In this document: piece after piece, positions 25,166 through 35,884 of the stretch | How positions within the stretch are numbered: the first letter of the stretch is position 1 | How the letters are laid out: each line of letters starts with the position of its first letter | Virus record (IMG/VR): IMGVR_UViG_3300032301_000738 | Span: 1 to 60,826 of that record | DNA from: a virus | Taxonomy: Duplodnaviria; Caudoviricetes | Reading direction: 5' to 3' (one strand) | DNA length: 60,826 nt | Translations under genes and position numbers: made by a program | Notes under the pieces: model-generated | What the model saw: only the letters and a program-made list of their open reading frames with translations | The model's database searches: none | What the model was told of the DNA's origin: nothing

Positions 25166-27873
25166 TGCCTGTTCGTCTTGGCGCTGCATCGCAGCAAACA
25201 TTCCGGCTCGGCGCAGCGCCGGTGTCCAAGATGTACTTGGGCGCGCAGTTGGTCTACTCGCCAACGAGCGACCCGCCGCCTCCGCCCAACCTCAACCTCC
25301 AGCCGCCAGTCATTACGAGCGCCACTGCCGGCAACGCCACTGCCACGATTGCGTACACCGATAGAACCACTTACACGATCGTGGGGCGCCTTGTTCAGCA
25401 ATCGACGGACGGCGGCCTGTCGTGGACAACCTCTACGGGCACCCTGAGTCCGTCTCCCGCTGTCGTTGGTAGCCTCACGAACGGCACGCCGTATCGCTTC
25501 CGCGTCGCAACGCAAACGTCGCAGGGGGTCAGCGGCTGGAGCGATCCCAGCGCCGCCGTAACGCCGGTCGGGGCGCCGGGCACGCCTAGGAACGTCCTCA
25601 TCGTCGGGCCGTCATTGACATGGAGCGCTCCGGCAGACTTAGGCGGGGCCTCTCCGGAACAAATAACGTATCTGGTGCAGCGCGGCACTGGCACGGCACC
25701 CAGCATTACATACTCGCTGTACGAGTCTGTAGTTGGCCGCACCTCGCTGGAATTGCCTATGTCGTGCAGTACCGGCTACTGGTGGCGCGTCGCTGCCAGC
25801 ACGACTGGCGGACAGTCGGCATACTCCACTGCCGTCTACAAGGCCGCGACCAGCGCTGCGCAGCCGCCAATATCTCCGACCACCCCCAGTGTTTTTGTTT
25901 CCCCGATGGCAACCGGCATAGCCGTTGCGTGGCAAAACGTGGGAGGGGGCGTCACTGGGTCGTGTGACGATCCCGAGCGGTACGAGGTGTACTATCGCCC
26001 AGCCTATGGCACTGTTGACTCCGCTATTGCCATTGGCGATGGCGCCATCCTTGCAGGCACGGTTCCTGCGGTTGCTGTTGCACACGACCCGCGCCTGAAG
26101 GTCTACGAGTTCGACCTTACTGGCCTAGACCCCAGCGTGCAGTACCGCACTGCCGTGCGAGCGGTAAATGCCGCCGGCGCTAACGCGCTTGTGCAGGGAG
26201 TTGCAATATATGCAGGAGCCGCAAGCCTTCCGCCGCGCCCTGCGATTACGTCGCGAGGTCGGTTCGGGCGTCGGACGGAAACGCACATTCAAACGCGCGA
26301 CGGCAAACCAGACATTCTGGAGCAGACGTCCGGAAATTTTTTAGGCCAGTGGCTTGACGAGAGATACGGCTATCCAATTATCACGCAGCCGTGCTCGGAC
26401 ATACAAGAGTATCAGTCTCATTGCCAGCAGACGTGCTTTTGTGCCGACATGACGCACTGCGCCAATGGCGCTTACTTTGTGACGGACGAAGGACTTACAT
26501 TTCCCGGCGGCGGACTAGAGCGCTACCGGTTCGTCTCCTCTGCCGGAGCGGGGCCTTGGCTATACGCATTGGTAGCAGAAGGTGGATGCGACGCTCCTCC
26601 GCCGCCGATAGTCTCGTACATACGTGGCGGCAAGCAATCGCTGCGCGTAACCTCTTATTCCAATTTGGCACATCTAAAGTGCGATGAGTCCGGAACTAGC
26701 CCTAGTATTTTCAACAAACTCCTAGAATATCGCACAGCCACAGTGGGCTCAGACGGACTTGCGAGAGGCTCGGGCGCGTGGACGCCGGTAGACGCCCCTG
26801 ACTCAGCGGCTAATCATCTTGTGCGCAGCATTCCGCAAAACTCTGTTCTGGAGGTGCGTTTGCGCAGCGAGAGCGGAACGGCGCCCGTGCTTGGGCCGCC
26901 GTGCGTTCCCGTTGCCGTGCGCACGTTCGTGACGGGCGCCAATTTGTCTACTAACCTTGTTGCCGGCTTGGGCGCCACTGGCTCTGTCCTGTGGGATGAC
27001 CCGTCGTCGTGGACGCAGCCCGTTGAAACGGCTCCGTCGACGCAGTTGGCGCAAGGTCGCTACATGGAAGTGTCGCGAGCGTGCGTCATTAGCCTGACGG
27101 CCACCGCTCCTGTCGTGGCCTCGCCAAGCGCTACGCGGCGAGTAAGCATTGTGGCGTACACGCCCAATGGCGTTCGCGTAGGCGTGACGTCTAGCAAAAG
27201 CCTCGCGGGGTCCACCAACTCGCGCAGGCTATCGTTCTATGCTGTTCCCGGACGGCGGTACGCAGTTGAGGTGACCGATCCCAACGCCTCAACAACGGCC
27301 ATCACGAACTGCTATGCGCAGGAGCACTACGACCGAAACGAGTGGTCAACGCCGTGGTCTACTGGAGGTTCTTCGGTGTGTTCTGGTTCGTTTCCGGTAT
27401 TGCGGATCGAAACCTTCTCCAAGCGGTTTGCCTTAGGCCCTAGCCTCGCACGCCAAGCAGACTCGTACCTCGACTTCAGCCCAGAATACGCATTACGCAA
27501 TGCGAACATTGTTACCTATGCGTACGGCGCTCCGGAGTACTACTTTCGCGCTGTCACGGACTGCACTCTGCACTTGAGGGTGCTCCGACAAACCGGCGGA
27601 ATAATCGACATCGTTATGGGCGGCGATGTAGGAGACAGGGGCCTTGTGCTGGCAAGTTGCACGAGCGCGCAGCCCGACTCGGGCCATGTAAGCGTCGGCA
27701 TGCGGCGCGGCTCTGTTGTGACCCTGCTTTCCACGTCTACGACCGGGCTCCTGAGATACGCCTATGCCGACATGAGGCCCTTTAGCGACGCTGGGCAGGC
27801 CGGAGACGAGTTTGCGACGCCAGATGCGGCCGGCGGAGGGGCGGAGGAGGCGGCGACGCAGAACGGCTACTAA
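25165..27873 (+). CDS. fibronectin type III repeat virion/receptor-binding protein
   Basis: LTNGTPYRFRV, PGTPRN..LTWSAP, LTGLDPSVQYRTAVRAVN; 902 aa. Confidence 0.8.
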   Translation: MPVRLGAASQQTFRLGAAPVSKMYLGAQLVYSPTSDPPPPPNLNLQPPVITSATAGNATATIAYTDRTTYTIVGRLVQQSTDGGLSWTTSTGTLSPSPAVVGSLTNGTPYRFRVATQTSQGVSGWSDPSAAVTPVGAPGTPRNVLIVGPSLTWSAPADLGGASPEQITYLVQRGTGTAPSITYSLYESVVGRTSLELPMSCSTGYWWRVAASTTGGQSAYSTAVYKAATSAAQPPISPTTPSVFVSPMATGIAVAWQNVGGGVTGSCDDPERYEVYYRPAYGTVDSAIAIGDGAILAGTVPAVAVAHDPRLKVYEFDLTGLDPSVQYRTAVRAVNAAGANALVQGVAIYAGAASLPPRPAITSRGRFGRRTETHIQTRDGKPDILEQTSGNFLGQWLDERYGYPIITQPCSDIQEYQSHCQQTCFCADMTHCANGAYFVTDEGLTFPGGGLERYRFVSSAGAGPWLYALVAEGGCDAPPPPIVSYIRGGKQSLRVTSYSNLAHLKCDESGTSPSIFNKLLEYRTATVGSDGLARGSGAWTPVDAPDSAANHLVRSIPQNSVLEVRLRSESGTAPVLGPPCVPVAVRTFVTGANLSTNLVAGLGATGSVLWDDPSSWTQPVETAPSTQLAQGRYMEVSRACVISLTATAPVVASPSATRRVSIVAYTPNGVRVGVTSSKSLAGSTNSRRLSFYAVPGRRYAVEVTDPNASTTAITNCYAQEHYDRNEWSTPWSTGGSSVCSGSFPVLRIETFSKRFALGPSLARQADSYLDFSPEYALRNANIVTYAYGAPEYYFRAVTDCTLHLRVLRQTGGIIDIVMGGDVGDRGLVLASCTSAQPDSGHVSVGMRRGSVVTLLSTSTTGLLRYAYADMRPFSDAGQAGDEFATPDAAGGGAEEAATQNGY

Positions 27874-27896
27874 TGCCGTTCGGCCGCTCTGGCGAA

Positions 27897-27906
27897 GACA
27901 TAAACC
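27897..27906 (+). promoter_or_regulatory. candidate late promoter motif
   Basis: GACATAAACC in the gap before the tail block. Confidence 0.5.
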
Positions 27907-27939
27907 ATACGGACGCCCGTACCAAGCAGGAACTTCGCC

Positions 27940-28863
27940 GTGTACTACGCCGCGCAGGATGTCGTCGAGTATCTGATGAACACGACCGGCGGCGGGGCGC
28001 AGGACGCCGAACACCGCCTCCTCCGGGCGGCCGTCCACCATGCCTACCGAGACGTGTACCACGCCAAAGACTGGCTGTGGCACGTCACAGAAACGACTCT
28101 TCCGGCGGCCATCGCCGATTCGGGCGGGAAGCAGTTCCTGCTGCCGGCGGACCTCAACAACGTGGACGCGCTTATCCCGCCGGACCCGTCGATCGTCACT
28201 GCCTACATCACGCCGTCCGAATGGCGGCGATACGAGAACCAAGCCGTTGGCAGCGGCGAGCCGATCTACTGGACGGTTTCGCGCTCGACCGCGCACGCCG
28301 ACCGCTGGAAGATCATGGTGGCCGGCACCTTCCCTGCCGCGCCGGCCGGCAGCAACTACTACATCACGTACCGCCGCCGGCCGATGCCTCTGCGGTTCAT
28401 GGGCTACGAGTCCATCTGCCGCAACGGCTCGCTCAATGCGACGAGCGCTCCCGGAGCCGTCAAGCGGTACGGGACGAGCGCCAACTACCCAGAGGGCTTG
28501 TCGGGCGTGTATCCGTACACGGCGCAGGAGATTCTGGGCCTCGCCGGCAGCATGGTCGGCACGGCCCCGCAGGGCGCCAAGACGGTCGTCAGCGACTGCC
28601 TCGACGTGTCCGAGAACATGTTCACGGCGCTTCTCAGCGCTGCTGAAGTGTGGGCGGCTCGCTTGCAAGGCAAGAACGTCGAGGGTGCCGTCGCGGTCTA
28701 TCAGCGTGACCTGCGCATGGCGATGGAGCAGGATGTGATCGCGCCCATGAGCGGCCGCCGGCTGGGCGTCGGCCGGTATCCGGAAAACACCGTCGCGCCG
28801 TACGCCGGATCACCCCGCTCGCTGGGCTACTACTCGCCGTCCGCTCCGGACTCTGGAGCATGA
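27940..28863 (+). CDS. head-tail adaptor / tail tubular protein A-like
   Basis: Helical N-terminus, W.W..TE, GEPIYW, YYITYRRRP; first gene of the tail block. Confidence 0.65.
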   Translation: MYYAAQDVVEYLMNTTGGGAQDAEHRLLRAAVHHAYRDVYHAKDWLWHVTETTLPAAIADSGGKQFLLPADLNNVDALIPPDPSIVTAYITPSEWRRYENQAVGSGEPIYWTVSRSTAHADRWKIMVAGTFPAAPAGSNYYITYRRRPMPLRFMGYESICRNGSLNATSAPGAVKRYGTSANYPEGLSGVYPYTAQEILGLAGSMVGTAPQGAKTVVSDCLDVSENMFTALLSAAEVWAARLQGKNVEGAVAVYQRDLRMAMEQDVIAPMSGRRLGVGRYPENTVAPYAGSPRSLGYYSPSAPDSGA

Positions 28864-28866
28864 CGC

Positions 28867-29436
28867 ATGAGCAAGGGCGCGTGGGGCGGACTCATAACGA
28901 ACGCGAGCCCGTTCGCGCTTCCTGCTGGTGCCGCTGTCGAGCAGGTCAATCTGGCGTGTGACATCGCAGGCCAGATTTACACGCGAGGAGGCATGTGGCC
29001 CATCGCGTTCTCGCCGTCCTCCGGCTCCAGTGCCGGCCTTGTCGACTGCCATCCGTATTCGCGGGACGGCCAGTCGTGGCTGCTGTGCCTGAAGGAAGAC
29101 GGAGCGCTAGTGGCCTTGCAAGGGCCAGCGTACGGGCCAGAGCCGGAGCGTCCAATCGAGCCGCAACTGGAAGCCGAAGATGCTGTCGGCTCCAGTTACA
29201 CGATGCGGTACGTCGTGGACGTAGACGAGCCTCCTCCAGACCCGCCAACGCCAGACCCGACGCAACTGTATTCGACGCTTCGCGGCGGGCGGGCAACGAC
29301 CTCCTCGTGGTCGTTCGCGGTCAATGCCAACGCGCTGTGCGGAGGCGCCGGAAAACTCAGCGCATTTCGTAGCGGCTCTGCCGGCTCGTCTGTGTACCCG
29401 CCATCCGTCGCTGGATCGGAGTTGTGTGCGCCGTGA
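28867..29436 (+). CDS. tail stabilisation/nozzle protein, N-terminal piece
   Basis: WGGLITNASPFALPAGAAVEQVNL...GQIYTRGG resembles the start of P22 gp10/T7 gp12-like proteins. Confidence 0.55.
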   Translation: MSKGAWGGLITNASPFALPAGAAVEQVNLACDIAGQIYTRGGMWPIAFSPSSGSSAGLVDCHPYSRDGQSWLLCLKEDGALVALQGPAYGPEPERPIEPQLEAEDAVGSSYTMRYVVDVDEPPPDPPTPDPTQLYSTLRGGRATTSSWSFAVNANALCGGAGKLSAFRSGSAGSSVYPPSVAGSELCAP

Positions 29437-31400
29437 TTTCTGATCGCTTTTCCGCCGACCATCCAGTGGCTATGGCACAGGGTCGTCACGGCGAGGTTAT
29501 CGTCGTGCAGGGTCATGGCGTTCGGCCAGCGCGATGGGACGGCGCCGGCGTCGCCATCGACGCAGGCATGGATGCGCCGACAGAGGCACCGCAGGTCACG
29601 GCTGACGCGGCCAATGCCTTTTACGTCGCCCGCGTGGATGTGCAGCAGCCCGGAGCCGTGTACTACTCGCCCCCTGAGGTGACGTTCTCCACTCCTCCTG
29701 ACGTAGCGCCGGACAGATTCCGGAGCGCGTCGGCTGCGGCGTATCTGTCGCAGGCGGCCGTGAGCGAAGTGCTGGTCAAGAATGGCGGGAAGTATTACAC
29801 CGAGCCGCCATCCGCCACCTTGAGCGACACGCACGGCAAGGGGGCCGTGCTGGAGGCCGTTCTCGACGTTCCTGAGGCGGGCGGCGAGCCACCCGACAAC
29901 ACGCAACTTCGCTACTGGTCGGTGATCGAAGGCCCGCCGTATGAAGACGAGGTGGATTTCCCGCCCATCTATAAGACGTACTTTCAAACGTGGGGGTGGG
30001 TCGACCTGCCCATAGACGGCGACGGGTCGTACAACTTCACAGACACGCGCTATGCGATTTGCCCAGACAACCCAAAGTCGTTCTCTATCATTCCGGTCAA
30101 CATCCCGTACAGCGTGTCCGGATCAACTGGCACGGGCGCAAAGGCGCGAGTGCGATTCGGCGGCAACGCGATCACCTGCGAGTGCAATGTCGTTGGTCCC
30201 GGACAAACGCTCTGCTTCCAAACGCTGGTGGGTGCGTGGCGCATTGACAGCGTTTCCGCAGCCAAGCGCGGAACGGGCTACAAGAAGAAAGTGACCGTCA
30301 CGATACAGGCGGCGCAATCGTGGGATGTCGAATCGCAGCGCTGGGTCACGGCGAGTCGCGATCGAGACGCGATTCTGGAGGCCGAGTCCAATGTGTCTTC
30401 GGCCGCTGCGCCGCGCTACAGCGTCAAGGAAATCAAGATCATCAAGCCGGGAAGCGGCTATCTGGTGGTTCCGCAAATCAAGATCACATCCGATTCGGGA
30501 TTCGGCGCGTATGCCACATGCACAGTCAAGGACGGCAAGATCGACACTGTGACGCTTGAGAACGGTGGAGGTGGCTACAAGGACGCACCGAAGGTGGAGG
30601 TGGTGTCCGGAGGAGCAGAGGTGTTTGCGGTTGCTAGGCCGCACCTGCGCGGCAAGTACCAGTGCTACTACCGATACGTAGACAACACCTCCGAAGACGC
30701 GGGCGGCCCGATCCCCAGCAGCCTGTCTCCTGTAACCGAAGTCGATACCGGCGACGGCACTTCGCGGATCGTATGGACGGCGCCTCCGCCTGTCGGAAGA
30801 GCGTCCCACATCGAACTGTGGCGCACGACCGGCAATCAAGCCACCACGCTGTATCGCGTGGCGCGGCTCTCCGTGACAGAGGGGTCCACAGACACTGGCG
30901 GAGACAATGGCGGCGGCGGCGACGACTGCAATGAGTGGTACTACCGGCTGGGGGCGCGCGGCACATCGACGTGCGACGGCGGCGGCACCAGACCGCCTCC
31001 GCCCACTTCCGCCATCGTGATTACCCAGCAACCGCAGGCCACTCGATACATCGGCAACGAGTTCAATGCCTACCCGTACTACCGAGTCACCGTACAGGCG
31101 ACTGGTCCGGGCACCCTGTCTTATCAGTGGCAGGGGCGCAACCAGAAATTGCTCAACGGCACTACCGTTTCGACACAGTGGACGACCATTCCCGGTGGAT
31201 ACACGCTCGATTGCGAGCGCCCGACGTGCGCCATCCCGTACGTAGCCTCCCGCGCTTTGGACGTGTATCCCGATGGTGGGCTGGGCGGGCGCAGGTCGCT
31301 GTTTTCAGAGCACCGCTGCATCGTGTCCAGCAGTGCGTCTGGTGTGGCCTCCGTCACGAGCAGCACCATTACGGCCGAACAAATACTGGCGTCCTCCTGA
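29433..31400 (+). CDS. tail protein, middle piece, with GSGY repeats and a C-terminal Ig-like domain
   Basis: PGSGY/GGGY repeats, YQCYYRYVD, IELWRT, ITQQP...LSYQWQ...RCIVS. Confidence 0.7.
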   Translation: MISDRFSADHPVAMAQGRHGEVIVVQGHGVRPARWDGAGVAIDAGMDAPTEAPQVTADAANAFYVARVDVQQPGAVYYSPPEVTFSTPPDVAPDRFRSASAAAYLSQAAVSEVLVKNGGKYYTEPPSATLSDTHGKGAVLEAVLDVPEAGGEPPDNTQLRYWSVIEGPPYEDEVDFPPIYKTYFQTWGWVDLPIDGDGSYNFTDTRYAICPDNPKSFSIIPVNIPYSVSGSTGTGAKARVRFGGNAITCECNVVGPGQTLCFQTLVGAWRIDSVSAAKRGTGYKKKVTVTIQAAQSWDVESQRWVTASRDRDAILEAESNVSSAAAPRYSVKEIKIIKPGSGYLVVPQIKITSDSGFGAYATCTVKDGKIDTVTLENGGGGYKDAPKVEVVSGGAEVFAVARPHLRGKYQCYYRYVDNTSEDAGGPIPSSLSPVTEVDTGDGTSRIVWTAPPPVGRASHIELWRTTGNQATTLYRVARLSVTEGSTDTGGDNGGGGDDCNEWYYRLGARGTSTCDGGGTRPPPPTSAIVITQQPQATRYIGNEFNAYPYYRVTVQATGPGTLSYQWQGRNQKLLNGTTVSTQWTTIPGGYTLDCERPTCAIPYVASRALDVYPDGGLGGRRSLFSEHRCIVSSSASGVASVTSSTITAEQILASS

Positions 31401-31401
31401 C

Positions 31402-32904
31402 ATGCCCTTCTACGACGACCTCACTGACGACGAGTTGCGCGACCCCGATCGTCCGGGCTACGCGGCCATGCCGATTGTCCTGCCTAATGGCGACATCAAT
31501 GCCAATCGTTTTACGCCTCCGCCGGACGACAAGGCGGTCATCGTGCGATTCCAAGATCGGCACTGGTACGGCGTGGACACCAGCGGAGACGAGCCGAATA
31601 CGCTGTACTACTCCGAAGTCGACGAGCCGGAGAGCGTGCCTGAGAGCAACCAACTGATCTTGCAGCAGAACGCGAAGGATGCCGACTCGCTCACCGCGCT
31701 GATCCCGTTCGGCTCGACGCTTCTGGCAATGCAGCACAGGCACGCCTACTCCATCACGTTTGTGCGACAGCCTGTACTCGACGCACAGGTGACGCCCATC
31801 GGCTACAGGGGCGCACTGAACCAGCGTTGCTGGGACATTCACGGCGGCGCGTGCTATGTCATGGATCAGTACGGCGTGTACGGCATTGCTCCGACGGGCC
31901 AGATCGAGCCGCTGTCCGAAGCGATCGACGACATGTTTACTGGGCGCATCGACTTCGGGAAGTCGAAGTGGTGCTCACTGATCGTCGACCCCAAGCACCG
32001 CACGCTGCGATGCTTTGTGGCGTTCCGAGAAGACGAGTCGTCGGGCCGCCCCACGCGCGTCCTGTGCTACTCTCTGGAAACGAAGACGTGGTGGGTCGAG
32101 ATGTACCCGCAGAGCATCGCAGGCGGGGCGCACGTCTTGCTGACTAACGGCGACTACCGCTGCGTGTATGCGGCGACCGGCGGCGTATACGTCCTCAACG
32201 AGGGCAGCGTCGATCTCGGCAGGGGCGCGATCACCTCCGTCACTCTTACCGGCTCTGGCAGCGGCTATCGCACGCCACCCAACGTCTATGCGTCGGGAGG
32301 CAGTGGCGGCAAGGTGCAGGCCACCATCAACGGCGAGGGGCAGGTGACCGGTCTGTGGATTATGTCCACCGGCAACGGCTACACGAGCGGCGACCTGCTG
32401 ATTGACCCGCCGCCTTCCGGTGGCACGCGCGCGACCGGCACGTTCACTGCGTCTTCGACCACTGCCGACACGCCGCTGTTCCCCACGTACCGGTACAAGA
32501 GCGGAAGCGTGTCGTATCTCACGGACGTGCAGGAGCCAGCCGCTGGGTCCGAGATGTCGCGGGCGATCAGCCTGTCGTACGCCCCGCAGCCGTCCGCGTG
32601 CGAGTTGTCGATGCGCCTGTACTACAACAACGCCCCGCACCCACGCCCCAACGTAGCGGCCCGTGATCGCGGGACAGGCTTTGCGCACGATGTTGTGGAT
32701 GCTGCGGCGCGCCTCGATATGGGGCGCTTCACAACGGAGTTCGGAGCGGACACTGGAGTATCGAGAGCCCTATACGCCGGCCGTACAATGGACGACGTAA
32801 ACTCGTCGGATCGGAGCGTCGCCGTAGAGTTGGTCGGCGCGCGCAAGAACCACGATCCCGTCGTGCTTTACGCGCTCAACATTTACGGCATCGGCGATGC
32901 TTGA
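31402..32904 (+). CDS. tail stabilisation/nozzle protein, C-terminal piece
   Basis: LYYSEVDEPESVP, beta-propeller-like repeats, GSGY insert. Confidence 0.7.
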   Translation: MPFYDDLTDDELRDPDRPGYAAMPIVLPNGDINANRFTPPPDDKAVIVRFQDRHWYGVDTSGDEPNTLYYSEVDEPESVPESNQLILQQNAKDADSLTALIPFGSTLLAMQHRHAYSITFVRQPVLDAQVTPIGYRGALNQRCWDIHGGACYVMDQYGVYGIAPTGQIEPLSEAIDDMFTGRIDFGKSKWCSLIVDPKHRTLRCFVAFREDESSGRPTRVLCYSLETKTWWVEMYPQSIAGGAHVLLTNGDYRCVYAATGGVYVLNEGSVDLGRGAITSVTLTGSGSGYRTPPNVYASGGSGGKVQATINGEGQVTGLWIMSTGNGYTSGDLLIDPPPSGGTRATGTFTASSTTADTPLFPTYRYKSGSVSYLTDVQEPAAGSEMSRAISLSYAPQPSACELSMRLYYNNAPHPRPNVAARDRGTGFAHDVVDAAARLDMGRFTTEFGADTGVSRALYAGRTMDDVNSSDRSVAVELVGARKNHDPVVLYALNIYGIGDA

Positions 32905-33577
32905 CGCAGACAAGACAGGACAGTTGGCGGACGCCCTGCGCGCAGCCGGCATGGCTCCTGACGCCGCGAATCGCGTGGCGCAGATTCTCGGTGCCATCGG
33001 CGTCAGCGAGAAGGTGTCTCCGCAGCAGGTGGACACCACGCCGCAGTCGATGCGGTACGTCACGCGCGGCGTGCGCAAGCACGAACTGACCAACTTCGAC
33101 TACCGCGACGACGACCCGTACTACCGCAAGCCGCGCGGCAACACCAGCGAAAACCGCACGCGGCCCGAGCAGCCATCGACGCTGCGCACGCCGCAGGCTC
33201 CGCAGCAGACAGAGACGCCGTTCAACGTCTCGGGCGGCTCATTCACCACGTCCGTCACGCGCGGCGACCAGATCGCCGTCGGGCTCAACATCAAGGGCCC
33301 GGACCGCTCCATCGCCACCGTTGACGGCACCTCCAACGCCATCATCGGCAAGCGCGTGCGCGCCGAGACGGACGCCTCCGGCCTGCGATTCTTTGTGGAA
33401 GAGAATGCGCAGGAGTTGGTCTGGAAACTCCAGTTCTTCGCAAGCGGGTCCGAAGGGCTGTGGGTGGTCACTGACGTTGCGCTCACGGATCGCGGGCTTG
33501 TCATCAAGAAGCGTCGCATCGCGGCGCTAGACGACGGCGAGGAGGAGGAGACTGTTATCTCCACAGTCTCGTGCTGA
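32897..33577 (+). CDS. hypothetical tail-associated protein
   Basis: 226 aa, coupled within the tail block. Confidence 0.7.
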   Translation: MLDADKTGQLADALRAAGMAPDAANRVAQILGAIGVSEKVSPQQVDTTPQSMRYVTRGVRKHELTNFDYRDDDPYYRKPRGNTSENRTRPEQPSTLRTPQAPQQTETPFNVSGGSFTTSVTRGDQIAVGLNIKGPDRSIATVDGTSNAIIGKRVRAETDASGLRFFVEENAQELVWKLQFFASGSEGLWVVTDVALTDRGLVIKKRRIAALDDGEEEETVISTVSC

Positions 33578-33580
33578 CGC

Positions 33581-35884
33581 ATGCCTCTCGCCGTATCCGG
33601 CCAACTTCTCGAACTCGTTGACGGCAAACTGTCGACAGCGTGCTGCTGCGGCCCAGACGATGGCACCGGCGACTGGTGGTGCCTCAACGGGAAATGCACG
33701 CAGTCCGAGTTGGCGCCAGACGGCCCATGGGTTGGTCGCTATCGCACGCTAGAGGCATGCGAGCGCAGATGCCTCAACAACTTTGACTGCGGCTGTTGCG
33801 CGGCGCCCAATCCCCTCACCGGCATTTGTGAAGAATGCGACGAAGCGTGCAACACGCCCTCCGGAGAGGAGTGCGACACGGAAGATTGCGAAGTCAGCGG
33901 AGAAGGCTCGGCGTCGGACTGCAACTGCGAAACATACCCGCCATGCGCTGGTCGTGACTGCGGCTGCTGCATGCAGTGCGTCGGCGACCCCAACGGCGGC
34001 ACTCGTTGCGTGCCGTGCCCTGACGACACGATATGCGTGGACCGAGATGGGTCCGGCCTCAACTGCGCGTGCGTGCCGTTTGAGGAGTGCGAAGCGGACC
34101 CGCTTCTGTGCGTCGACCAGCCGCCACGAGCGGGGTTTGGGTGGTCGTGTAGTCGCAATTTGTGCGGCGACGGGGACTGCCGGTACGTGCGTGGCGGCAC
34201 GTACCCTTTCAAGTATCAGTGCCTGCGCGCGTGCCGAGACGAACAGACTCCCGATTGCGGACTGAGGCAGGTCGGCCAGACGTTTGGCGGACGGGGGACG
34301 GTGCGATGGACGGACTACCACTACGCCATCCAGCCCGCCGCCGCCACAGTGAACATGTTGTACACGGCGCAAGGGTATGGGCTGTTCCGGTTTTTGCTGC
34401 GCGGGCCCATGCTCGATCGCGAGTGTCGCACCGTCGCCACGAGCGTAGTGCATCGCGACACCGGCTGGAGATGCGTGAAGCCGGAGTGCGGCGATTGTTT
34501 GAAGTGCCCAGTAAAAGGCGAAAAGTCTCGCGACGAGAAGTGCAAAGAGGCCGACCCCGCAAAGCCCTATTGCTGTGTTGGTACGTGCCAAGCAGTTCCG
34601 TGCGAATGCAAGCGTTGCCCCAGCGGCGGGTGCAACGAGATCAAGTCTGGCCGCATCATATGGCGCAAGCCTCGTGGCGTAACGTATTTCAGCATCCGCC
34701 TTCTATACGACACAAACTGCGGGACGCCGCGAGTGTGCTGGGATGTGGCGTGCCCCAACATGCCGGACAAGAACAAACTTGCGAGTGACTGCGACGCGAC
34801 TTGCTCCGGGCCATCGCAGTGCTGCGTGCCGGTGTACGGCAATCCAGAGGCGCCATTCACATGCGAAATCCTTTGCGAAAAAGAATGCAAGGCAAAGGGC
34901 GGCATCTTTACATGCACGCCGTTCCCGTGTGAGCCAGAGGGGGCGTGCTGCGTTCACTCGAAGTGCGGCACGGGATACGCGGAGTCGTGCCCTGACCCGT
35001 GCTGCTGCGACTGGAAAATAAACAAGTGCTATCTGCCACCGCCCAACGAAGACTGCGAAATTTTCGATTATCCGGCATGCTGTCTTCCCGGAGGCGGATG
35101 TCGAGCGAGCGTGCCGCCCGAAGTGTGCGCAGCGCTAGGCGGCATCACGCCCCCGAACGCCGGCATCACATGCCGGCCCGGAATGTGCTGCCCGCTAACT
35201 GGCTCCAACGACTGCCCTGCGGGGTTCAATTGCTGCGGGACCAATAACCCGTTTGCAGAAGAACAAGGCTTCTCGTGCTGCTCCGACGAGAAGTGCTGCA
35301 CGGACACCGGCCAGTGCGTGGGCCCTCCGACGTGCGAGGCGGACTGCACCAAGCCAGTCGGCCCTAAGTGCGCCCCGCGCTGCGCGCCCTGCGAAGAACT
35401 CAACCAGTGCTGCAAGGACGGCGAATGCGTTGCGTGCGAGTGCGACGACGACGAAGGCTGCCCAGAGGGTAAGTGTTGCAGTGAAGGGTCGTGCGGGGAG
35501 TGCGCCCCCGAATGCAACGCGCCGGGCGTAGTTGACCTCGCCTGTCCGTGCGAGATTTACGCGGTAGTTTCTTGGGTGGCCCACAACGAACCAGTATGCT
35601 TACTTCCGGCGGGATGGACTGAGTACTACTTTGGTGGCGAGCGGAGGGCGATTTCTAGTCCGCACGTAGCATCTCAGTGCTACGGAGGCGCGCTGGCAGC
35701 AGCCGTAGCAGCGGCACAAGCGACGCTAACCAATATCTCGGCACTGCGTTGTGTGTGGCCCAATGACGGCTCTGGCTTGGCGGGAACACTCTACGCGCCA
35801 GCGCTGGGGGGTGGTGGCTCAACAAAGTACTACTACTGCTGTGACGGTCAGTGTCAGCCGGACAATTGCGACTCACCTCCATGA
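33581..35884 (+). CDS. extremely Cys-rich virion/fibre-like protein
   Basis: About 110 Cys in 767 aa by hand count; CC/CCC and GACC-like repeats; no signal peptide evident. Confidence 0.8.
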   Translation: MPLAVSGQLLELVDGKLSTACCCGPDDGTGDWWCLNGKCTQSELAPDGPWVGRYRTLEACERRCLNNFDCGCCAAPNPLTGICEECDEACNTPSGEECDTEDCEVSGEGSASDCNCETYPPCAGRDCGCCMQCVGDPNGGTRCVPCPDDTICVDRDGSGLNCACVPFEECEADPLLCVDQPPRAGFGWSCSRNLCGDGDCRYVRGGTYPFKYQCLRACRDEQTPDCGLRQVGQTFGGRGTVRWTDYHYAIQPAAATVNMLYTAQGYGLFRFLLRGPMLDRECRTVATSVVHRDTGWRCVKPECGDCLKCPVKGEKSRDEKCKEADPAKPYCCVGTCQAVPCECKRCPSGGCNEIKSGRIIWRKPRGVTYFSIRLLYDTNCGTPRVCWDVACPNMPDKNKLASDCDATCSGPSQCCVPVYGNPEAPFTCEILCEKECKAKGGIFTCTPFPCEPEGACCVHSKCGTGYAESCPDPCCCDWKINKCYLPPPNEDCEIFDYPACCLPGGGCRASVPPEVCAALGGITPPNAGITCRPGMCCPLTGSNDCPAGFNCCGTNNPFAEEQGFSCCSDEKCCTDTGQCVGPPTCEADCTKPVGPKCAPRCAPCEELNQCCKDGECVACECDDDEGCPEGKCCSEGSCGECAPECNAPGVVDLACPCEIYAVVSWVAHNEPVCLLPAGWTEYYFGGERRAISSPHVASQCYGGALAAAVAAAQATLTNISALRCVWPNDGSGLAGTLYAPALGGGGSTKYYYCCDGQCQPDNCDSPP

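Noticed and set aside
24431-27873. Diversity-generating retroelement suggested by Mtd-N-like domains
   Set aside because: No reverse transcriptase and no TR/VR pair differing at adenines was seen
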